Below, in pieces: positions 1-5,688 of a DNA stretch of 11,327 nt. The DNA is from a virus (Duplodnaviria > Heunggongvirae > Uroviricota > Caudoviricetes), in the IMG/VR virus record IMGVR_UViG_2778261591_000005, positions 1 through 11,327 of that record; one strand, 5' to 3'. The notes beneath the pieces are model-generated. The model was not told the origin of the DNA. It searched no databases and saw only the letters and a list, made by a program, of their open reading frames with translations. Each line of letters begins with the position of its first letter. Within the stretch, counting starts at the first letter, position 1. The position numbers and the translations under genes were made by a program.

Positions 1-86
1 TACACCATTTGCTGGGGGTTATCTGATAGATGATTGTCTGCATGCCAACCTCATAAAACTTTCATCCACGGCAGTGGCACCACACT

Positions 87-203
87 TCAAACATTCGCTT
101 CACATCTTCTGTACAACACGGTGTTGTTTATGCAGCGAACAATTTTTACCGGGTAACCGGCACTGTCGGTATACAGTTGTCCCTGATTAATCAGAGCGAA
201 CAT
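87..203 (-). CDS. small hypothetical protein (38 aa from ATG at 203; frame is open upstream to 326)
   Basis: ORF track 87..326 minus. Internal ATG at 203..201 is preceded by AGGAG about 5 nt upstream (gcAGGAGaaaaaATG). The longer form would overlap the 3' end of the upstream ORF by about 90 nt. No recognisable domain. Confidence 0.25.
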   Translation of the reverse strand: MFALINQGQLYTDSAGYPVKIVRCINNTVLYRRCEANV

Positions 204-234
204 TTTTTCTCCTGCTCTCTGAATAGTGAGAACT

Positions 235-618
235 TCAGAGCCGTATGTTTGTAGCGGGTTCAATGCTGATAATTTCTGCTGAGATAAGCATCCCGGCAAG
301 CCAGAGTTCTCCGGACAGGTCTTCATCCTGGCATATCAGTTCGCCAATATTAATGGTGGCCATGATATCCGTTTCCCCTGTGCGCTCATCCAGGGCTTCT
401 TCATAAGGCAGCGTTGCGTACAGGCTTTCAATAGCGCAATTGATAACATCCAGTCCGGTCAGATTGCCGCCGACAGTAACTTCGAATGTTTCGCGGTATT
501 CCCATAGTCCGAAAGTTAATCGAACGGTTTGTTTTGCCATGCGTCCGCACGACGTCAGATTCGGGTCATAGTTCATTATTTGCGGTTGAGTATTCTGGTT
601 GTTCATCTGATTTTCCAT
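235..618 (-). CDS. hypothetical acidic protein, start uncertain
   Basis: ORF track 235..678 minus. The 678 start is GTG with no SD and overlaps the SPFH gene; in-frame ATG at 618 sits just after an intergenic hairpin; alternative ATGs at 606 and 540. Product is rich in E/D (…LPYEEALDERTGETDIMATINIGELICQDEDLSGELW…). No family recognised. Confidence 0.45.
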   Translation of the reverse strand: MENQMNNQNTQPQIMNYDPNLTSCGRMAKQTVRLTFGLWEYRETFEVTVGGNLTGLDVINCAIESLYATLPYEEALDERTGETDIMATINIGELICQDEDLSGELWLAGMLISAEIISIEPATNIRL

Positions 619-621
619 TAA

Positions 622-638
622 CCCGGCGGTTTGCCGGG
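622..638 (-). other. GC-rich intergenic stem-loop between the SPFH gene stop and the next ORF (no U-run, so not a classic terminator)
   Basis: Plus strand reads CCCGGC-ggttt-GCCGGG: 6-bp perfect stem, 5-nt loop, immediately downstream (in transcription sense) of the stop at 647..649. Confidence 0.35.
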
Positions 639-646
639 CGTGTAAG

Positions 647-1474
647 TTATTTAATCTGGATAAATGGTGTATTGGCACCGCTGGTCATGTATTGCGGCAG
701 AGTACCGTTCCACTTGTTGATGGCTTCCAGCTCCATGACGCCAGGGTTCTGGCGCAGAGCTTCACCGCGTAAACGAATAGCATCGGCCTCGGCCTGGGCT
801 TTTGTGCGAATCGCATCTGCCTGTCCGGCAGCTTCCGCGCGCAACATGTTAGCTTCCGCTTCGCGCTGTTTTACTTCCTGTTCGCGTTGCAGGGTTTTCT
901 GGTTCGCCGTGACTTTGGCATTAATGCTGTCGATAACGGTTGGCGGGTACTCCGGCTTACCCACATATGAGAGACTCATTACCTGAATACCGATGGGCGT
1001 CATTTCTGCCTGAATGTCTTTAAGAGCTGCATCCAGTAGTTCAGACTTCCCGCCGTCGATAAATTTGTCAGTGGTCATTTTGCTGGCCAGTCGATTGAGT
1101 GCGTCGGCGATCTTCTGGCGCAGGTCAGTATCGGTAATGTCATCCACGCCTTTGCGGTAGGTCTGAAACACCGTGGTAACTTTGGATGGATCAACTTTGT
1201 AGGCAACACCGATGTGATAGCCAATGGTTGTGCCGTCACTCATCTGGAAGCTGAACGGCTCATCGTAGGTCTTCATTTGTTTGAAGGTTGGGAAGATGTA
1301 AACTTCAGTGTTCCATCCCGTCCAGTAGCGCCCAACACCGACCACTTCACCGACGCCTTTATCGTCGCCAAGTTTGTTTACTTTGATGCCCACATTACCA
1401 GGCTCAACGCGATCGCAACCGACAAGGCCAATGGTCGGCAGAACAAGGGCTAAAGCAAAAAGTAATTTTTTCAT
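647..1474 (-). CDS. SPFH/band-7 (stomatin/prohibitin/HflKC-like) domain lipoprotein
   Basis: 275 aa. N-terminal signal peptide with lipobox (MKKLLFALALVLPTIGLVGC, Cys20). C-terminal Ala/Glu/Arg-rich helical segment typical of SPFH proteins (QREAEANMLRAEAAGQADAIRTKAQAEADAIRLRGEALRQNP). SD AAGGA 4 nt before ATG. Confidence 0.85.
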   Translation of the reverse strand: MKKLLFALALVLPTIGLVGCDRVEPGNVGIKVNKLGDDKGVGEVVGVGRYWTGWNTEVYIFPTFKQMKTYDEPFSFQMSDGTTIGYHIGVAYKVDPSKVTTVFQTYRKGVDDITDTDLRQKIADALNRLASKMTTDKFIDGGKSELLDAALKDIQAEMTPIGIQVMSLSYVGKPEYPPTVIDSINAKVTANQKTLQREQEVKQREAEANMLRAEAAGQADAIRTKAQAEADAIRLRGEALRQNPGVMELEAINKWNGTLPQYMTSGANTPFIQIK

Positions 1475-1659
1475 CTTTTATCCTTAGAAAAAGAAAGACC
1501 CTTATAAATGGCATAAATGCAGGGCGGGGTCAGACACGCCAGAGCAAAGCCAGAAATCACTGCTACCGTATCCTTCATTGATATGAGGGCCGGAACGATT
1601 AATCCGTAAATACATGTGATAATTGCCAGTGATATAACTATTCTGAAATAAATGTTCAT
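1471..1659 (-). CDS. small membrane protein (62 aa, two predicted TM helices), translationally coupled to the SPFH gene
   Basis: Hydrophobic sequence MNIYFRIVISLAIITCIYGLIVPALISM…VAVISGFALACLTPPCIYAIY. CAGGAGG just upstream of ATG at 1659. Its stop overlaps the SPFH start in an ATGA arrangement (1471..1474). Confidence 0.6.
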   Translation of the reverse strand: MNIYFRIVISLAIITCIYGLIVPALISMKDTVAVISGFALACLTPPCIYAIYKGLSFSKDKR

Positions 1660-1719
1660 GGTCCTCCTGATGTATGCGGCTTGCCTTATTTAATTGCGTC
1701 ATGGTTAATTTCGTTTACG

Positions 1720-2112
1720 TCAGAATGGTTTTGTTGCCATCAGTTCGTAATATCCGGCGCTCCATGTGTCATATTTTCTGAACCATTTTTCTGTATACTG
1801 TTTCCTGGCGATGAGTCTGCGCAGTCGTCTGATTGTTCGCTGGTGTGCGCGGGTATACTCTGTGGTTGATTCTCCACGTTTCCATATCTCATTCCCGTTG
1901 AAGATAAAACGCTTGTCAGGATAGCGTTGCCGGAATCCTGAACGTTCAAAAGCGCGGGTGGTCATAAAGAATGCCAGGTAACGAATTGCCGTTTTTCGGG
2001 TGAGGCATTTTTTTGTTCTTCCGTGGCGTGTTACAAAAAATAACGGGCCGACGGGTGTATCATGTTTCTGTAATGCCTGGTCAATGGCGCTGGCGGTGCG
2101 GTTGTCGATCAT
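1720..2112 (-). CDS. hypothetical basic protein (130 aa, Arg/Lys-rich; possibly nucleic-acid binding)
   Basis: GGGAGA SD about 9 nt before ATG at 2112. ATGA overlap with the stop of the upstream ORF 2109..2327. Basic composition (…RRLRRLIARKQYTEKWFRKY…). No family confidently recognised. Confidence 0.6.
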   Translation of the reverse strand: MIDNRTASAIDQALQKHDTPVGPLFFVTRHGRTKKCLTRKTAIRYLAFFMTTRAFERSGFRQRYPDKRFIFNGNEIWKRGESTTEYTRAHQRTIRRLRRLIARKQYTEKWFRKYDTWSAGYYELMATKPF

Positions 2113-2327
2113 TTCTTTATTTCTCCCGAATAACGTTCATGACTCATTACTTCCCAGTTCCGGCCGTCGCCTTTCGATAACAGCCGCCAGCAACGGTTAA
2201 CCTTCAGACTGAGATATCCGGTGCGCTGTATCCGATGCGGAAATATCCGTCGGCATCGGTACAACAACAGGACCTGCAATGCCTGCCGGTGGATCCGCTC
2301 AGGAATGCGTGTTGCTGTTAATGCCAC
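2109..2327 (-). CDS. small Arg-rich hypothetical protein (72 aa, GTG start)
   Basis: Strong SD (tCAGGAGGaaaccgGTG) and ATGA coupling to the downstream 130-aa gene. Composition is unusual (R/W/C-rich), so coding status is uncertain. Confidence 0.4.
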   Translation of the reverse strand: MALTATRIPERIHRQALQVLLLYRCRRIFPHRIQRTGYLSLKVNRCWRLLSKGDGRNWEVMSHERYSGEIKK

Positions 2328-2514
2328 CGGTTTCCTCCTGAGCAGGTGCTGTTATCTGATACCCCGCTCTTTCTGCCAGCCGTATGAATGTATCCATGCT
2401 GGCAATCAGCTCGCCATCGCGGACTTTGCAGACACCTGTGACTTGGCCATTTTCAATTGTCATAACGATCTGCACTTTTTCGCGCACAACAGATACAGGG
2501 GATAAATTAGCCAT
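2299..2514 (-). CDS. hypothetical protein (71 aa)
   Basis: GGAGG SD about 9 nt before ATG at 2514. Start overlaps the stop of the upstream gene by 8 nt (coupled). Confidence 0.55.
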   Translation of the reverse strand: MANLSPVSVVREKVQIVMTIENGQVTGVCKVRDGELIASMDTFIRLAERAGYQITAPAQEETGGINSNTHS

Positions 2515-2872
2515 CAGTTAATTCCTCCACTGGTATATTTTCTTTCGCGTAATCAATAACCTCTTGAAAAAGGTTGTCTATAATTAACTTTCCGGTTTCA
2601 GCCAGGTATTCAGTATGTTGATTAATCCCGATAGCATTCTGGTATGCAGTGTGGATTTCGGTTTCACCCTCCACCCGGCCCAATTCACCACGGGTAATAC
2701 CTTCGAAGCGTAACAGCAACTGGTTTATAAACTGTTCAGTTATTTCTATAGTCGCAATGTTCCCATCCGGAAGGTCAACAATAAGCAGATTACCACCTGT
2801 TTTACGTTTTATTCGATGGAGTGCCGCAACAGCTATACGGCGACGATATGTATTAATGGGTTCATATGCCAT
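2507..2872 (-). CDS. hypothetical protein with Arg-rich N-terminus; first gene of the leftward operon (lambda N-like position, function unproven)
   Basis: 121 aa. Residues 8-24 are TYRRRIAVAALHRIKRK, followed by an acidic C-terminal half. Located just left of a roughly 200-bp intergenic region. Confidence 0.6.
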   Translation of the reverse strand: MAYEPINTYRRRIAVAALHRIKRKTGGNLLIVDLPDGNIATIEITEQFINQLLLRFEGITRGELGRVEGETEIHTAYQNAIGINQHTEYLAETGKLIIDNLFQEVIDYAKENIPVEELTDG

Positions 2873-2875
2873 TTG

Positions 2876-2989
2876 TTATTTCCCGTATGCTTTACGCAGA
2901 AACAAGCAGGCAATATGCATGTAATTTTTACCGTGTTGTGCAATAAGACAGGCCGTTTTGTGTGATGCCTTATGTTTTATAAAAGTCAT
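2876..2989 (-). CDS. possible leader/upstream small ORF (37 aa, basic)
   Basis: Hand-translated (below the ORF-track size cut-off): MTFIKHKASHKTACLIAQHGKNYMHIACLFLRKAYGK. GGAGG SD 7 nt before ATG at 2989. Its stop TAA lies one codon before the ATG of the 121-aa gene. Confidence 0.25.
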   Translation of the reverse strand: MTFIKHKASHKTACLIAQHGKNYMHIACLFLRKAYGK

Positions 2990-3071
2990 AATAATGCCTC
3001 CAGTGGATTAAGTGTGTGATAATCCCCGGCGATTAAGCCGTAATATATTATTCGGAGATAACTTGTTTTAT

Positions 3072-3272
3072 TTAACTGGATAGTTCTTTTTCAGATGCTG
3101 CTTCAGCATAGCAACGTGCAAATTCAAGAACTTCATCACCTGTTCTTTTTATTGCGTCGTTGTCTGACATTTGTAGTACGATAACTGCGCATAATAAATT
3201 ATGGATATTGTTTGCAAAGGAATCCGGTGCTAGGCATAAGCCTTCATACTTATCATGGATATTGCCAGTCAT
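3072..3272 (-). CDS. small protein (66 aa), paralog of the N-terminal domain of the adjacent tandem-HTH protein
   Basis: ATG at 3272 with AAGGAG 8 nt upstream (the track's GTG at 3314 gives a longer form). Shares DSFA-NI-NLL-AV … G-EV-EF--YA--AAS with residues about 27-75 of the 230-aa protein. Confidence 0.6.
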   Translation of the reverse strand: MTGNIHDKYEGLCLAPDSFANNIHNLLCAVIVLQMSDNDAIKRTGDEVLEFARCYAEAASEKELSS

Positions 3273-3277
3273 TGTTG

Positions 3278-3970
3278 CTACTCCTTTGCTTCTGATTTTC
3301 CCGTTAACAACCACATCAGGTCACAATTAAGCGCACTGGCCAGTGGTACTATCTGATCAGCAGGAACTTCACAGGTGCCGCATTCCCAGTCGTTTATGGG
3401 GTCGCTGTAGGTGTGAATCATGCGTGCCAGGTCTGCTTCTGTTAAGCCCAGTTTTTTACGGGCGCTTTTGATGCGCGCACCAATATTTTCCACATGGACT
3501 TCAGGCGCATTTACGCGAATAACTGACTCGCTGTTTTTTTCACTCAGCAGAGAAAGCGGATCGCATCCCAGGACGTTTGCCAGGGGGGTAAGCATGCTGA
3601 TGGTTGGCTCGTACTCTCCACTCTCCCATTGCAGAATAATTTCTTCATCAAGATCGAGTAGTCTGGCAAGTTCGGTGGTCGTTAAGCCGCAGGCTTCGCG
3701 TTGAGTGCGAAGGTTAACCAGCCAGCTTTCAGGGAAGGATTGTTTTTGTTGTGCAGGAGAAGCCGCAGATAGAGCATATTCATGGATAAATTCCATTACC
3801 TCAATGCCCAGTTCCTTTGAGCGAGCACAATCCAGAAGATGGAATGTGCGTACAGCACTTAGCAAATTTGCAATATTTAATGCAAAGGAATCAAGTTCTA
3901 AGCCCTTAAGCGAAACACAGCCGCAGTTGATAAGATTAGTTGTTTCTGGAGTTGCGTTTAGTGTCTTCAT
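3278..3970 (-). CDS. transcriptional regulator with N-terminal domain of unknown function plus two tandem XRE-family HTH domains
   Basis: 230 aa. HTH1: LRTQREACGLTTTELARLLDLDEEIILQWESGEYEPTISMLTPLANVLGCDPLSLL. HTH2: IGARIKSARKKLGLTEADLARMIHTYSDPINDWECGTCEVPADQIVPLASALNCDLMWLLTG. Own promoter upstream and terminator-insulated from the cI-like gene. Confidence 0.8.
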   Translation of the reverse strand: MKTLNATPETTNLINCGCVSLKGLELDSFALNIANLLSAVRTFHLLDCARSKELGIEVMEFIHEYALSAASPAQQKQSFPESWLVNLRTQREACGLTTTELARLLDLDEEIILQWESGEYEPTISMLTPLANVLGCDPLSLLSEKNSESVIRVNAPEVHVENIGARIKSARKKLGLTEADLARMIHTYSDPINDWECGTCEVPADQIVPLASALNCDLMWLLTGKSEAKE

Positions 3971-4023
3971 ATATCCACCAACAATTTTAAATTGAATAAA
4001 ATCAAGTTATAATTGATGGTGCG

Positions 4024-4052
4024 ATATTATGCTTTGAAAAACAGGCTGTCAA
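4024..4052 (-). promoter_or_regulatory. sigma70-type promoter for the tandem-HTH gene
   Basis: Minus strand TTGACA (4052..4047), 17-nt spacer, TAATAT (4029..4024). Predicted start near 4017, giving a leader of about 47 nt to ATG at 3970. Confidence 0.5.
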
Positions 4053-4082
4053 GAAAAAATTGATATCGTATATTTTAGGCAG

Positions 4083-4103
4083 AAAAAAACGGGCAAAGCC
4101 CGT
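4083..4103 (-). terminator. intrinsic terminator after the cI-like gene
   Basis: Minus strand: stem CGGGC/GCCCG with 3-nt loop followed by a run of 6-7 U (plus strand AAAAAAA-CGGGC-AAA-GCCCG-T). Lies 13 nt beyond the cI-like stop. Confidence 0.55.
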
Positions 4104-4115
4104 TAAAATCAAAGA

Positions 4116-4805
4116 CTAACCAAATCTGTTTATATTGAATGGTACTGATGAGATCACTTTAGACTGGATATAAAGCAGAGCTAACCCCTCTTTTTCGATG
4201 CTCCATGGTTGATAATTAGGGTTATCAGATAACACCATGATTTTACTTCCAATTTTTTGAAGTCTTTTCACGTAGCATTCTCCATCAAAACAAAATGCAT
4301 AAATGCCATCGCCATCAAAATAAGTTACTGTCTTATCGAGAAAAAGAAGGTCGCCAGGTGAGATTGTGGGAGCCATACTGTCTCCTCTGGCGTTACCTAT
4401 TTCTATATTTTTGAATGCCCGATTTCCAACAAGACGTCGGGCATATTCAGGATCAAGTTCTATTGAGCGCACTACATCTATCAAGTCACCACGGACATGA
4501 GTTCCATCACCGCAACTAAACTCAACATCAAGGACATTAAACACGACGCTATCTGTTCTTGTCTGGAGTTTCTCTTGCGAGGAAAAGGTTGGTGAGGAGT
4601 CTTCGCCTAAGAACCAAGATTGTGGATAACCGCTAATCTCTGATAAATGCGCGAGCTTATCACTTCGTGGAAATGTTTTTCCTGTTGTCCAGTACTGCAC
4701 TGATTGCGCACTCACACCTAACTTGCGGGCCAGTTGAGCCTGAGTCCATCCTTTTGCTTTCAGCATCGCGGCTATTCGATTTTCCGTGTTTTTGACGTTC
4801 TTCAT
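4116..4805 (-). CDS. cI-like prophage repressor (N-terminal HTH, C-terminal S24/LexA-type autopeptidase domain)
   Basis: HTH: GWTQAQLARKLGVSAQSVQYW. S24 catalytic motifs: GDSMAPTISPGDLLFLDK (Ser) and YVKRL (Lys) about 36 aa later. Possible Cys-Gly cleavage site in FSCGDG. ATG at 4805 preferred over the TTG at 4811 used by the track. Confidence 0.9.
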   Translation of the reverse strand: MKNVKNTENRIAAMLKAKGWTQAQLARKLGVSAQSVQYWTTGKTFPRSDKLAHLSEISGYPQSWFLGEDSSPTFSSQEKLQTRTDSVVFNVLDVEFSCGDGTHVRGDLIDVVRSIELDPEYARRLVGNRAFKNIEIGNARGDSMAPTISPGDLLFLDKTVTYFDGDGIYAFCFDGECYVKRLQKIGSKIMVLSDNPNYQPWSIEKEGLALLYIQSKVISSVPFNINRFG

Positions 4806-4938
4806 GACCAAATCCTGTGGGTTTCTTTACAAGGATAAATCTTTACTTGATTTTAGTGTATTCGATCCTTTTGCAACTTGCATGTTAATTTAAACTTGAT
4901 GTATTCTTGATTTATAAAGTTAATATTGGTGATTTGTT
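4806..4938. promoter_or_regulatory. divergent promoter/operator region of the cI-like/Cro-like switch
   Basis: 133-bp AT-rich spacer between divergent genes. Three copies of an 11-bp motif: ACTTGATTTTA (4845..4855), ACTTGATGTAT (4894..4904), TCTTGATTTAT (4905..4915), the last two in tandem. Palindromic TGCAA-c-TTGCA at 4871..4881. Candidate rightward promoter TTAAAC-N17-TATAAA (4890..4918). Confidence 0.5.
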
Positions 4939-5211
4939 ATGAAAGGAAATGATTACGACAAACTTCGTACATTAATTGCGCAAAATGCCATAGCGCGAAA
5001 TCTTGGTGTGACGCCGCAAGCGGTGAATCAGTGGTTTTCAAAAAACACAATTCCTGCTCGTTTTGTTTTACGCGTATGTGAAGTAGTTGCATGGAAGGTC
5101 ACGCCACATGACTTAAGGCCAGATCTTTATCCTCACCCTGAAGATGGAATTCCTGATTCGTTACGCAAAATTTCAAATCCAAGCCTAGCGCACACGGAAG
5201 ATGGGAAGTGA
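4939..5211 (+). CDS. Cro-like HTH regulator (YdaS/DUF1019-type)
   Basis: 90 aa. HTH LGVTPQAVNQWFSKNTIP followed by the family-typical VTPHDLRPDLYP motif. Divergent from the cI-like gene. Confidence 0.85.
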   Translation: MKGNDYDKLRTLIAQNAIARNLGVTPQAVNQWFSKNTIPARFVLRVCEVVAWKVTPHDLRPDLYPHPEDGIPDSLRKISNPSLAHTEDGK

Positions 5212-5281
5212 TGGTGGTGATATGAGCGAAAAAATAACTATTAAATACGATGGGACAACCATTTCGATTGCCCCGATCACA

Positions 5282-5575
5282 TTAGCGTTCGCTGAGAAGT
5301 TGTTGGTAAGCCTTAAAGGATGCGAACTGCATTCTACCTTCGGCATTGATTCCAATGCCTTCGCTTGTACACCAAGCGATGAACTCGGCTGTATCCGCTT
5401 CAACTTTAATAACTCGTTGCCCGCCTCTTTCGACACGCTTAATCAATTTTTCAGCGTCGTGTTTCCACTCGGTGTAACTGTCGGAGAGCACATCAGCATC
5501 AGTAAAAATATTTTTGAGCTCATGATACTGAATCGCATCGCGAAACCAGAATAAACCAACGGCCTGAACTTTCAT
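5282..5575 (-). CDS. hypothetical protein (97 aa), orphan gene convergent with the Cro-like gene
   Basis: Strong SD (AAGGAGGttcgacATG). Protein-like composition (MKVQAVGLFWFRDAIQYHELKNIFTDADVLSDSYTEWKHDAEKLIKRVERGG…). Opposite orientation to the flanking rightward operon. Confidence 0.65.
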   Translation of the reverse strand: MKVQAVGLFWFRDAIQYHELKNIFTDADVLSDSYTEWKHDAEKLIKRVERGGQRVIKVEADTAEFIAWCTSEGIGINAEGRMQFASFKAYQQLLSER

Positions 5576-5688
5576 GTCGAACCTCCTTTGGTTCTTTTGT
5601 TTATAGGGATCAAAAGGATAACTGAAGGAAGGTTCGGCACCAATAAGTACGAATGTGCGGAATCTTAAAAGAATTTATCCGTAAGGAG

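Noticed and set aside
486-1453. Plus-strand ORFs 486..986 and 1214..1453 antisense to the SPFH lipoprotein gene
   Set aside because: Shadow ORFs inside a well-supported gene; products are Cys/Arg/Ser-rich and not protein-like.
1502-2505. ORFs 1502..1702 (minus), 1681..1869 (plus), 1740..1949 (minus), 2000..2200 (plus), 2221..2505 (plus)
   Set aside because: Each overlaps a better-supported minus-strand gene in another frame or strand, lacks an RBS, and has atypical (Cys-rich or low-complexity) composition.
2507-2872. Calling the 121-aa protein a lambda N antiterminator
   Set aside because: Only the Arg-rich N-terminal segment and the gene position fit. The acidic, structured-looking C-terminal half and the absence of clear boxA/boxB elements do not. 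Left as a hypothesis in findings rather than an annotation.
3420-3995. Plus-strand ORFs 3420..3704 and 3705..3995 antisense to the tandem-HTH gene
   Set aside because: Ser/Arg-rich shadow ORFs opposite a gene with two clear HTH domains.
5201-5554. Plus-strand ORF (117 aa) antisense to the 97-aa gene
   Set aside because: The minus-strand ORF has a near-consensus SD and a more protein-like composition; the plus-strand frame is most likely a shadow ORF. Not fully excluded.
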